Source: Thermoanaerobaculia bacterium
GTDB taxonomy: Bacteria; Acidobacteriota; Thermoanaerobaculia; Multivoradales; Multivoraceae
Length of the DNA stretch: 64,000 nucleotides
Reading direction: 5' to 3'
Assembly: GCA_963664405.1 (NCBI GenBank)
Contig: OY761158.1
Location: 928,001 to 992,000, forward strand
The position numbers and the translations under genes are program-made. The notes beneath the pieces were generated by a model. That model did not search any database. It worked only from the letters and a program-made list of their open reading frames with translations, and was not told the DNA's origin. Numbering within the stretch: position 1 is the first letter of the stretch; every line of letters begins with the position of its first letter. Below are positions 40,379 through 49,463 of the stretch, piece after piece.

Positions 40379-40557
40379 CTAGACGAGCGTTTCCGAAGTT
40401 CGAGTCGCATAGCTCGAGGTCATTCTGTTCGCTGGCAAGGCGCGCCGACGCAGGCATATTGGGAATCTGTCGAGGAGCGCGGGGGCGCCTAGCCAACGCC
40501 GCCAGCGGGCAGAAGGGGCCGAGATAGGTAGCGCGAACTTTGGAAACGCTGGTCTAG
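40379..40557. mobile_element. palindromic MITE copy 3 (179 bp, opposite orientation to copies 1-2, internal expansion)
   Basis: ctagacgagcgtttccgaagttcg...cgaactttggaaacgctggtctag. The right CTAG is the stop of the 40554 gene. Confidence 0.88.
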
Positions 40558-42788
40558 TCCACATAACCCAAGGCTCTCATCTGTTCGAGGACCTCCGGCT
40601 CGAGATCCTCTTCATCGACCGTGGGAACCGCCTCCGTGGAAGCTTCCACGGAGGTCAGCAGGATGCGGAAGTACTCGCTCAGAATCGGCCACTCGGCGGC
40701 GACGTTAGTTCTCTCACCAGGATCCGAGACGCGGTCGTAGAGCTGGACGTCGGAGCCCATATTCTCGGACTGCGGCAGAATGAATCGATGCGTCGGTGTA
40801 GTAACGCTCCGCCCTGTGAACCCGTCAACATCGATCGTCGAGAGGATCCACCCGCCCCCCCCATCCGAGGCCGCTGAGCCCCGTAGGATCGGCATCAGGT
40901 CGCGGCCTTCGACAATTTTCGGTGCCTCGACGCCAAGGTACGCCAGGAGGGTCGGGAGCAGGTCGACGTGCTGGACAGGCTGCTCGATCCGCGCCCCGCG
41001 TGCGAGATCGGGAAAGCGGACGATGAGGGGCACATCGAGGACTTCGGTATAGAGCGAGTGGCCGTGCTGCCAGCGGCCGTGCTCACGGAACTCCTCGCCG
41101 TGGTCGGAAACGAATACGACGATAGTGTCGGCGGCGACTGGAGAGCGTTCCAGGATGTCTAGAAAGTCGCCGAAGTTCGCGTCGGCACCGGCAACTTCGG
41201 CATCGTAGAGGGCGAAGAGGTCGGCCGTGAGCTCGGGACTGGCCTGGACTTCGTCGTGGGCCAGCTGCCGGAGGATTCGCAGTGAAGTGAGCTCGGAGTC
41301 GTCGGCGTTGGGGGCGAATCGTTGCTGGAAGCCTGGAGAGGGTGAGTAGGGTGCATGGGGCTCCACGGTGTGTAGATACACAAGAAAAGGACGGCTCTCG
41401 TCTTCGCGCTCCGAGAGCCAGCGCTCGAAGGTCTTGTTGAGATCTCGGGCCGGCCCTCGGCCGGTCAGGCGATAATTGTCGAACCCCTGGCCTAGCCCGA
41501 AGCGTCCTGCCACGTTGGGGTTATTGACCCAGCCCATCGTCGCGTACCCCTCGTCGCGGAGTACCTCGGCCAGGGTCACGTTATCTTCGGCCAGCCGATG
41601 GCGCCGATCCTGAACGCCATGGGTATCCGGCCCCAGGCCAGTGAAGATCGACGCCACCGAAGGCCGCGTCCACGATGACTGCGCGACCGCCTGCTCGAAG
41701 AGCGTGGCTGTTTCAGCGAACCCGTCGATCCTCGGCATCAGTGACCGATCGGCTCCATAGCCACCCAGACGATCTGCTCTGAGGGCGTCGACCATATAGA
41801 TCACGACGTTCTCGCGTCGGCCGGCGCCTTCTGCGTGTGTGGGCCTCTCTGGCATCTCCGGAAATTCGATTCGTGGCAGCTCGAGGCGCAAGGGGCTCGA
41901 GCTTGCCCCGGCTCCGCCCGCCGACCTCGAGATCGCGGCGAAGGAGAGACGCACCACCCCGGCTTGGCCGCCTAGCCCGAGCCGCTGACCTCCATCGGCG
42001 TTCCCCAGCTCGGCCGAGATCGGCGGCTCCTGATCCCGAGCGACATCGATCTTGAGGACTCCTTCGTCGTCTCCACTCAAATCGTCAATCACCAGCATCG
42101 CGCCGGCGGGCAGCCGGAGGTAGTAATCGACCTGTGTTCCGTACGGAAGGATCAGCTCGTTGGAGCGCACTTCCACCTGGCTCTTCTCACGCGGCGCCGG
42201 GCCTTGAAAAGAGACAGAGTCCCAGGCGGCTGCGAGCTCTCTCTTGTCTTCTGTCCCAAGCACCTCGCTGGGCGCCACCGCAAAGGCGCTGCGAAGAAGC
42301 AGCTCGTTGGAGCCCCTTCGCAAGGCGCGAGCAGGGAGGTCGAAACGCAGCGTCCCGCCGCCCTCCGCCAGCGGTGCCTCGTCGAGTACGACTCCGTTGA
42401 CCTCGACACCGATTGTCTGGCCGCCGGAATCGGGATAGGCCAAAGACCAGCCGCGCAGCTCCAAGCGGAGATCGTGGGAACCGAGGGCGAAAAAGGAGAG
42501 GGTCGACTCGCGGCCGACAGCCCAGACGAAGGTCCTCTCGCCTGGGGTCCCCTCGTCCGTGGACCAACCCTCACGAAGAACAAGACGCCCAGCCTCGGTG
42601 CCGAGATCGAAAGCCGCCGTCTCTTGCCGTACCTGAGCATCAGGGAAGGCCGCTAGTAGGTCCAAGCCGGCGCCGCGCCGAGGCGCTGCCGCTTCGCGCC
42701 CGCCGCAGCCATTGGCCATGACGGCCATCGAAACGGCAAGCAGGGTCGGAGCGAAAGCGAAGGGCCTCGAGATCCCGGCGGCGATCAC
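40554..42788 (-). CDS. sulfatase-like hydrolase with N-terminal accessory domains (Thr in the nucleophile position)
   Basis: DALRADRL, SSWTRPSVASIFTG, EPHAPY, SDHGEEF, C-terminal MRALGYVD. Start approximate. Confidence 0.82.
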   Translation of the reverse strand: MIAAGISRPFAFAPTLLAVSMAVMANGCGGREAAAPRRGAGLDLLAAFPDAQVRQETAAFDLGTEAGRLVLREGWSTDEGTPGERTFVWAVGRESTLSFFALGSHDLRLELRGWSLAYPDSGGQTIGVEVNGVVLDEAPLAEGGGTLRFDLPARALRRGSNELLLRSAFAVAPSEVLGTEDKRELAAAWDSVSFQGPAPREKSQVEVRSNELILPYGTQVDYYLRLPAGAMLVIDDLSGDDEGVLKIDVARDQEPPISAELGNADGGQRLGLGGQAGVVRLSFAAISRSAGGAGASSSPLRLELPRIEFPEMPERPTHAEGAGRRENVVIYMVDALRADRLGGYGADRSLMPRIDGFAETATLFEQAVAQSSWTRPSVASIFTGLGPDTHGVQDRRHRLAEDNVTLAEVLRDEGYATMGWVNNPNVAGRFGLGQGFDNYRLTGRGPARDLNKTFERWLSEREDESRPFLVYLHTVEPHAPYSPSPGFQQRFAPNADDSELTSLRILRQLAHDEVQASPELTADLFALYDAEVAGADANFGDFLDILERSPVAADTIVVFVSDHGEEFREHGRWQHGHSLYTEVLDVPLIVRFPDLARGARIEQPVQHVDLLPTLLAYLGVEAPKIVEGRDLMPILRGSAASDGGGGWILSTIDVDGFTGRSVTTPTHRFILPQSENMGSDVQLYDRVSDPGERTNVAAEWPILSEYFRILLTSVEASTEAVPTVDEEDLEPEVLEQMRALGYVD

Positions 42789-42877
42789 GGCTTGCAATCG
42801 TACCCCTTCACTCGAAAGCGCGGTGTGGAATCGGGCGCCAGTGCCGTCCTTCCTAGTGCCATGTCGGAGACACAACA

Positions 42878-45208
42878 CTAGGGTGTAAAGACCCGGAGCT
42901 CTGAGACCGACCACGCCGTAAGCATCTCGTAGGACAACTGCCGCAGCCGGATGAAGCGCGCCACCTCAGCTCCCAGCGGAAATACCAAGGGCATCGCCTC
43001 CAGATCGTGAAGAGCGGCGGAAACGGTGTGGGCAAAGGTGGTGCCATGCCAAGCTTCTCTCCACTGCTCTCCGTCCGCGGAAAGCTCGATGACGAGTTGA
43101 AGGGGGTAGTGGCTTCGGTGGGGACCGAGCTCGAGCACGACTGCCCCCAGCTTCGCCTCGACCCCCAGGTCGACGGTGAGTTGGTGAGGCTCGCGCTGCG
43201 ATCCGGCCATCCACACCGTCCCGCTGTCGCCGTCGTCGACGAAAGCCACCGCCTCCGGGTTGCTGTCGCTGCTCACCGCGGCGAGCCGGAGCTCGCCGCC
43301 GAACGACTCGGACACCGGGAACGGTGCCGCCGGCTCGAGATTGTAGAGAACCTGATCGCCCTCCTCTCCCAACCGCTGTGCACCTTCATAGCCCCCCACG
43401 TAACGCTCCCATCGCTGTCTGCGGCCATCGCCACCCTTGATCAGCACATGGCGCACGCCGAGCCCGGCAAGCAGGCGTAGCACTTCGGGGTCGCGCCACC
43501 GCAAGCCCTGCTGCAAAGCCCTGTAGTGCGGTGCGCGGTACCCACTCCGCCCGTTGACCACAGGCTGACCATGGCCGCTGGAGCGATACGCGGCCGCGAG
43601 GTCCTGCCTCTGCCCGCCGAGCGGCAGCTCGAGGACCGGCCCTGTGGCGTTTTCATCGAGCAGCCGCGAATGGCGAGGTGCTGGAAAGGTCGGCATTGCG
43701 AACATCCAACCGTCGGCGAGGATCCCAATCGACACCAACGCCAGGAGGGTCCGGCGCCATCGACCAGACGGCGACACGAGGCGAGCGAAAATAACACCTG
43801 CGAGCGCGGATAAGCAGAGAACGGCCAGCATCCAGAAGCGGGCTGGTACTCGCACGCCGTCGAAGCCGGGTAGAAGCATCAGCCACCGGAACGGGGCGGT
43901 GGTCAAGATCGGCTCGTCCATCAGGGTCGGCTTCGGCCCCAGGGCAAGCACCCAGAGCAGAGCCGCCGCCAACAGATAGAAAAGGGGGACGGACTTGCGG
44001 CGCCAGGCGCCGAGGAGGGCCGGACCGCTGAGAGCGAAGAGCGTCCACACCGCAACCGTCAGCGTGACTGCCCGGCTGAGACGACTGACCGAAAGCTCGA
44101 GGCCGAGGAGCCCGACCTCCCAGGGTCCGAGCGCCAGCCGGGCCGCCAGCGCCAGGCACCCCGCAACGCCAAGCACACCGAGCACTCGGTGCACGCGACT
44201 GAGCCACCCCGGCGATCGCTGCTTGTCCGGCCTGGGCAAGCGCACAGCTGCACCGACGATCAAAAGTAGGATGGTCAGCCCTGGAAAGAGCTTCATCCCC
44301 GTCGCCTTGCGGAATCGATGCTCGAAACCCCAAGCCGTCAAGTTCTTCGAGGCGCTCAAGAGATCCGTCAGGTCGGCGCTGAAGTGCTCCGCCTGGACCA
44401 CCGAGCGTGAGAACCCGAGGCTCTCGTGCACCTCACTGTAGTGCAGAAGCACCGGCAGGACCGGTAGATGGGCGAGCGCTGCGACCGCGACGACAGCCCC
44501 CACCCGACTACCAACGCGACGCCACCCCACCCTCGGATCGACGATGAACCAGAGAGCCCAGAGGCCAACCAGTACCGGGACGTAGAGCATGTAGTACAGG
44601 TTGCACAACCCCTGCATCAATAATGAGAGGCCGAAGAGGACGAGCCACCGGCGGCGACCCCGGCGGAGATAGCGGTGCAGTCCCAGCAGCACCAGGGGCA
44701 TCCAAAAGGAAGCCAGGACCTGAATGTGGGTCAGCTGGTCGGCGCGATAGGGGGCGAAGCCGAACGCCAGACCGACAATCCAGCCCGCGTCGCGCCTCCC
44801 GGTGAGCTCGTGACCGAGAAGATAACCGGCAACGACAGAGAGAGGAAAGGTGAGCAGCAACACCAGGTTGTAGGTAGCCACAGGACTGGCGGTGAGCCAG
44901 GAAATAGGGGTCGCCAGGAAGGAGAGACCGACCAGGTTCTCCGAATACGCCATCACGTCGGTAGCCGGATAGAACATGGGGGCGCTCCACCAACGGTCGG
45001 TAAACGGTAGGACCTGACCGTTCCACCACAGAATCCAGCTGGTGAGAACCGAATCGCTGACGCCGGCCACGATGACCGTACGAAGATGCAGGATCAGCGG
45101 GAAGGTCAGGGCCACCGCGATCACGGTGTAAGCGACAAAGGCCCACGGCGCGGAGAATCGCCGCCAGGGAGACCGGCCGGCCGGGCGCGTACCTGCGTCT
45201 GACACCAT
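42878..45208 (-). CDS. polytopic GT-C/YfhO-like membrane protein with C-terminal discoidin (F5/8-C)-like domain
   Basis: Many TM helices, RVPARF, VNGRSGY, DGDSGTVW...VDLG...ARFIRL...WSVSE. Confidence 0.72.
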   Translation of the reverse strand: MVSDAGTRPAGRSPWRRFSAPWAFVAYTVIAVALTFPLILHLRTVIVAGVSDSVLTSWILWWNGQVLPFTDRWWSAPMFYPATDVMAYSENLVGLSFLATPISWLTASPVATYNLVLLLTFPLSVVAGYLLGHELTGRRDAGWIVGLAFGFAPYRADQLTHIQVLASFWMPLVLLGLHRYLRRGRRRWLVLFGLSLLMQGLCNLYYMLYVPVLVGLWALWFIVDPRVGWRRVGSRVGAVVAVAALAHLPVLPVLLHYSEVHESLGFSRSVVQAEHFSADLTDLLSASKNLTAWGFEHRFRKATGMKLFPGLTILLLIVGAAVRLPRPDKQRSPGWLSRVHRVLGVLGVAGCLALAARLALGPWEVGLLGLELSVSRLSRAVTLTVAVWTLFALSGPALLGAWRRKSVPLFYLLAAALLWVLALGPKPTLMDEPILTTAPFRWLMLLPGFDGVRVPARFWMLAVLCLSALAGVIFARLVSPSGRWRRTLLALVSIGILADGWMFAMPTFPAPRHSRLLDENATGPVLELPLGGQRQDLAAAYRSSGHGQPVVNGRSGYRAPHYRALQQGLRWRDPEVLRLLAGLGVRHVLIKGGDGRRQRWERYVGGYEGAQRLGEEGDQVLYNLEPAAPFPVSESFGGELRLAAVSSDSNPEAVAFVDDGDSGTVWMAGSQREPHQLTVDLGVEAKLGAVVLELGPHRSHYPLQLVIELSADGEQWREAWHGTTFAHTVSAALHDLEAMPLVFPLGAEVARFIRLRQLSYEMLTAWSVSELRVFTP

Positions 45209-45437
45209 GACTCAGCGGACAGTCTACTAGCCGCCTCCGCCGAATGAGAGCCAAGGGCCCACTCATTGGGTCGAGGTGCACAGGGACCGGCACGAGGTTA
45301 CCCCTACTCGGGCGGCCCAGAGCTGAAGACCTCTTGAACACAGCCCGCCGAGGGATTGGCGGGGGCGGTATGATCGCCCCACGTTCTACGGAGGGGGTTC
45401 CGACTCCCGGCAGAGACAGCGTCGAGGAGCCTTGGCG

Positions 45438-45923
45438 ATGAAGGGAACACTGAAGGTCGTTGGCGCAGGCGTGACTCTATTGGTCGTTTTCGCCCTCGGG
45501 TGGTTGCTCTCAGCGACCGGCGCCGGACAGGCCGCGGCACCGGAGAGCTTGAGTGAGCGCGAGAGAGCTTTCACCGAAAGGATGCAGAACGTCGTCCTGA
45601 TCGGCAACTTCACGATCGAAGGACGTGACGTGCCGAGGGGTCGGCCGGAGCGCTACGAGATCTCCAGCGTCACCAAGCTCGACGGCGATCGTTGGCGCTT
45701 CAACGCTCGAGTCACCTACGCCAGCGTCGACGTAACCGTGCCCGTCGTCGTTCCGGTCCTGTGGGCCGGCGGCACCCCCATGGTCGCTATCACCGATGCT
45801 GCGCTACCGGGACTGGGCGAAGGCTTCAGCGCCCGAGTACTCTTCTATGAGACCCGCTATGCCGGAACCTGGGATCACGGCGAGTACGGCGGGCTCATGT
45901 ACGGCACCATCGAGCCGATGTAG
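45438..45923 (+). CDS. exported hypothetical protein
   Basis: GAGGAG SD, signal peptide, coherent 161-aa ORF. Confidence 0.7.
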   Translation: MKGTLKVVGAGVTLLVVFALGWLLSATGAGQAAAPESLSERERAFTERMQNVVLIGNFTIEGRDVPRGRPERYEISSVTKLDGDRWRFNARVTYASVDVTVPVVVPVLWAGGTPMVAITDAALPGLGEGFSARVLFYETRYAGTWDHGEYGGLMYGTIEPM

Positions 45924-45952
45924 GCCGATCGACGTCAGTCAGAGGAGAGAGC

Positions 45953-46417
45953 ATGAACGGCAAAGTCGAATCGATTCACATCGGTATTGATGCAGGCTCG
46001 ACCATGACTGAAGTCGCCGAGGCGAAGCTCGAGGCCGGCAGGGGCATCGCCGGTGATCGCTACCACTCCCGGATCGGCACCTTCTCCCCTGATCCGCCCG
46101 ATCCCGACCACGAGCTGACTCTGATCGCCGCCGAGGAGATCGACGCCTTCAACGAAGCCGGCGGCCGCTCCCTGAGCGCAGGAGAGCTGCGCCGCAACAT
46201 AGTGACGCGCGGCGTCGATCTCAACGCCCTCGTCGGCAAAGAGTTCACCATCGGCCCCGTAAGAATCCAAGGAATCCGCCTCTGCGAGCCCTGCTCCTAC
46301 CTAGCAGACCTCATCGGCCCCGACATCCTCCCCACCTTGGTCAGCAGAGCCGGCCTGAGAGCAGGCATCATCGAAGGTGGAACGATCCAAGTCGGCGACC
46401 GCCTCGAGGCATCGTAG
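45953..46417 (+). CDS. MOSC domain protein
   Basis: GIAGDRY, LRRNIVTRG, CEPC, GLRAGIIEGGTI. Confidence 0.9.
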   Translation: MNGKVESIHIGIDAGSTMTEVAEAKLEAGRGIAGDRYHSRIGTFSPDPPDPDHELTLIAAEEIDAFNEAGGRSLSAGELRRNIVTRGVDLNALVGKEFTIGPVRIQGIRLCEPCSYLADLIGPDILPTLVSRAGLRAGIIEGGTIQVGDRLEAS

Positions 46418-46526
46418 CGCCACAGCTGTGTTGCTCGATCGGCATTTCAAGAAGATCGAGACGGCGAGCAACACGCGGCCTCAACCCGCACGGCCCCGCC
46501 CCGCCGCCGCGCTCAACGCCCCAGCT

Positions 46527-47030
46527 TCAGAAATACGGGTAGTACATCCGCCAGAAGTTGGGGTCATCGTTTTCGGCCCATTTGGGGCCGAAGGCTCGCT
46601 CGAAGAAGTCGCCGAGGCGGTCGAAGAGGAGCTGCCAGGTCGAGCCGCCTCGTCTGGCGGTCGCCAGGAGGTCGACAAGAAAGGCGTCGAGGTTGGCTAG
46701 CTCTTCTTTCGGCAGATAGGCAAGCGCACCCTTGTTCACCGAGTCTTTGAGCGTCTCGACGCTCACGGCGTGAGCGGTCAACATCACCGTCGGGATGTCG
46801 CACTTCACCGTCTCTGACAGCAGTTCCTGCCCGTTCACGCCCATGATGTCGAGGATCGCCAGGTCGTAGCTATTGACCTCGAGCTTAGCCAGGGCAGCTT
46901 CGAAACTCTCGGCGGTATCGACTTTCGCGTCCTCGAGAACATCGACGATGGACTCGAGAACGTCCGGCTCGTCGTCGACGGCAAGGATGTGGAGGCCCTC
47001 CAGTGTCTCTAACCCTTCACTCTCGCTCAT
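46527..47030 (-). CDS. single-domain response regulator
   Basis: AVDDE, ILDIMG, MLTAH, YLPK. Confidence 0.9.
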   Translation of the reverse strand: MSESEGLETLEGLHILAVDDEPDVLESIVDVLEDAKVDTAESFEAALAKLEVNSYDLAILDIMGVNGQELLSETVKCDIPTVMLTAHAVSVETLKDSVNKGALAYLPKEELANLDAFLVDLLATARRGGSTWQLLFDRLGDFFERAFGPKWAENDDPNFWRMYYPYF

Positions 47031-47063
47031 CGCTCTTTCTCCTTTCCTGTTCTGGGCTTCCGA

Positions 47064-47903
47064 TCAACTGCCCGAAGGCGCCTCCTTGTCGTCCGCCATT
47101 CTGCCACCTTCAAAGGCGACAGGAATCTCGAGACGAAAAAGGGCACCTCCCTTCGATGCATCTTCAACGGAAACCTCTCCACCGAGACTGCGAGCGAGAG
47201 CCCGGGCGCCGGCCAGGCCGAGACCATGACCCGACTCCGAGCCGCTCTCCCCCGTCCCGACACGAGCATACCGCCGAAAGACTGTCTCTCGCTCTTGCGG
47301 CTCGATACCGGGCCCATCATCTTCCACTTCCACGGTCACGATCCCGTCGACCAGCTCAGCGTGAATCCGGAGCGCCTTGCGACGAAACTGCACGCCATTG
47401 CGGAGCAGGTTGCCGAGAATCTGCTCCAGCTTCGTCGCATCTTGTTCCATTTCGAGACTGTCGATACCGGGTCCCAGGTCCAGCAAGACGCCTTCCTTCT
47501 CGAGCGCAAGCAACGCCAGCGCATCGTCCTCCGGAAGTCGGCTGGATCGCTCCGCCTCCACTACTTCGAAGGACTCTAGAACAGCCGGGAGCAGAACATC
47601 GCGAAACCGAAAGTGAAGGATGCTGAACTCTTCGGCATCGGCACGCGCCAGCTCCAAGAGATCGTGAAGCATTCGACGGGTCTTGAGCACACCGCGCAGA
47701 GCCCGCTTCAGGCTGCGCTCCTGCCGGTCCGACAGGACTCCGTACCTCTCCCGCTTCTCCAACAAGGGTCGCACCGCCGCTTCGACGACCGAGATCGGAC
47801 TCTTGAGATCGTGGACGAGAAGCTCGATCGAGATCTCCCGAAACGGCGAGCCAGGTGCGGCCTCTCTAGGCTCTTCGGGCGGGTCCCGGCGAGCGCTGGT
47901 CAT
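47064..47903 (-). CDS. sensor-less histidine kinase (HisKA + HATPase only)
   Basis: HDLKSP close to the N-terminus, NLLRNG, DDGPG, GHGLGL. Confidence 0.88.
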   Translation of the reverse strand: MTSARRDPPEEPREAAPGSPFREISIELLVHDLKSPISVVEAAVRPLLEKRERYGVLSDRQERSLKRALRGVLKTRRMLHDLLELARADAEEFSILHFRFRDVLLPAVLESFEVVEAERSSRLPEDDALALLALEKEGVLLDLGPGIDSLEMEQDATKLEQILGNLLRNGVQFRRKALRIHAELVDGIVTVEVEDDGPGIEPQERETVFRRYARVGTGESGSESGHGLGLAGARALARSLGGEVSVEDASKGGALFRLEIPVAFEGGRMADDKEAPSGS

Positions 47904-49333
47904 GGAGAGCGCTCCGTAGCCAACTCCGAGCGACGGTGGGCGAAAACGCTAGCCGGGAGCTCGAGAGTAAAGAGGCTCCCCTGCCCCACTTCGCTGCTGA
48001 CACCAAGGCGAAGCCCGCTCCGTTCGGTGAAGAGTTTCGTACGCAACAAATCGAGGCCGACACCGCCGGCCTTGTAGTCGTAGGGATGCCCCGAACTGTA
48101 ATCCTCGGTGCGACCGGCATGAACAAAGCCCGAAAACAGCTGATCGACGAGCTCGGCGTCCATGCCCACGCCAAAGTCTCGCACACGTAGCTCGATCTCT
48201 CCGCCGCTGTCTTCGAGCTCGACCCGAACCTCGCCGCCGTCAGCGGTGGCCTCGATCGCATTCCGAATGAGCCCGATCACGGCTTTCCTCAGGGGCGCTT
48301 CAGGCAAGCGCACCGAGGGGCAAACCTCGAGACAGAGCTTCACCTCCACCGCACGATGGCGATGAAGAGGAGCGATCTGCGCCACCACCTCGGCGACCCA
48401 GTTCTGCAGCAGAATCTCGACTTCCTCGTCATCGCGCCCTTCGGGGTAGAGCGCTTCGAGGCGACCGACGAGCTGAGCCATGGCGGCCGAGGTCGGACTC
48501 TCTTCCGCCACCCAGCAGGCGAGAAGATCGTGACAGCGGCTGTGCCAGGCATCGTCTCTCCGCTCCTCGCCGCGATCCTCCGCGTTGGCAATATCGGCGG
48601 CTTCGGTCTGCAGCTCGGTGAGGCGACCGAGGCTTCTCCGCGCCCGTTCCAGGATTGCCTCGAAACGGGCATCGTCCTGCCGCACCGAAGGCCTGCCGAG
48701 CAATCTCGAAGCCGAGGCAATGATGGCGAGCGGTGTCTTCAGCTCATGCGACAGGTGATCGATCATCTTCCGCTGCGCCTTAGCTACCGTTTCGAGGCGC
48801 GCATGGGCCTCCCGTAGCTCCTTCCATACCCTGGCATTGTGCAGGCTCACCGCCAGGATCGATTGAATGATCAGGAGGCTCTGCAAGGTCGCGGTATCGA
48901 TCGGCGACGGGTTTATCCTCTTCACCGTGACCACACCGAGCACCTGGTTTGAAGCCTGCATGAGCGGCACACATAGGCACTCTTTCCCATCGCTGGGCGC
49001 CTCTGCCCGGGGGAAGGGTACGGCTACATCCGAGTCCAGCGCATAGGACTCCGGCGCCTTCGATCGCAAGACGGCGCCAAAGACGCTACCCTCGACGGGT
49101 ACAGCGTCCGCCTCGCAATCGCTCACAGTCGAAGATGATCGCTCGAGATGCAGGAAGTCGCCGCTGGCGTCGAGAAGGAATATCGCCACTCCCTCACCGC
49201 CAGAGAAGTCCGAGAGGGCCTCGACACCACGATCCAGAATGGTCTCTCGGTCATCGTCGGCGAGCAGCAGACGAACCGCGAAGCTGAGGAGAGCGAGGCG
49301 CTCGGAGCCATCAAGGTTGGAGATCTGCGACAT
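47900..49333 (-). CDS. cytoplasmic GAF-domain histidine kinase
   Basis: GAF (LCVPL...GVVTV), HELKTP, NAIEA, DFGVG, GGVGLDL. Confidence 0.88.
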   Translation of the reverse strand: MSQISNLDGSERLALLSFAVRLLLADDDRETILDRGVEALSDFSGGEGVAIFLLDASGDFLHLERSSSTVSDCEADAVPVEGSVFGAVLRSKAPESYALDSDVAVPFPRAEAPSDGKECLCVPLMQASNQVLGVVTVKRINPSPIDTATLQSLLIIQSILAVSLHNARVWKELREAHARLETVAKAQRKMIDHLSHELKTPLAIIASASRLLGRPSVRQDDARFEAILERARRSLGRLTELQTEAADIANAEDRGEERRDDAWHSRCHDLLACWVAEESPTSAAMAQLVGRLEALYPEGRDDEEVEILLQNWVAEVVAQIAPLHRHRAVEVKLCLEVCPSVRLPEAPLRKAVIGLIRNAIEATADGGEVRVELEDSGGEIELRVRDFGVGMDAELVDQLFSGFVHAGRTEDYSSGHPYDYKAGGVGLDLLRTKLFTERSGLRLGVSSEVGQGSLFTLELPASVFAHRRSELATERSP

Positions 49334-49463
49334 CTCGGCGTCGAGCCTTGCCGTCGGCTGTTAGTCTCGCCCGAGGGCGAACTATAGCAGCGCAGGTCCT
49401 CCCGCACTTCTCGCGGGTCCTCCGCACAGACTCGCGGACCGGCGCTAGGGGAAGGGATTGGAC

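Noticed and set aside
45340-45425. Hairpins and a GGTTCCGACTCCC segment resembling a tRNA T-arm or riboswitch
   Set aside because: I could not build a cloverleaf or match a known riboswitch consensus. An Rfam/Infernal scan would settle it.
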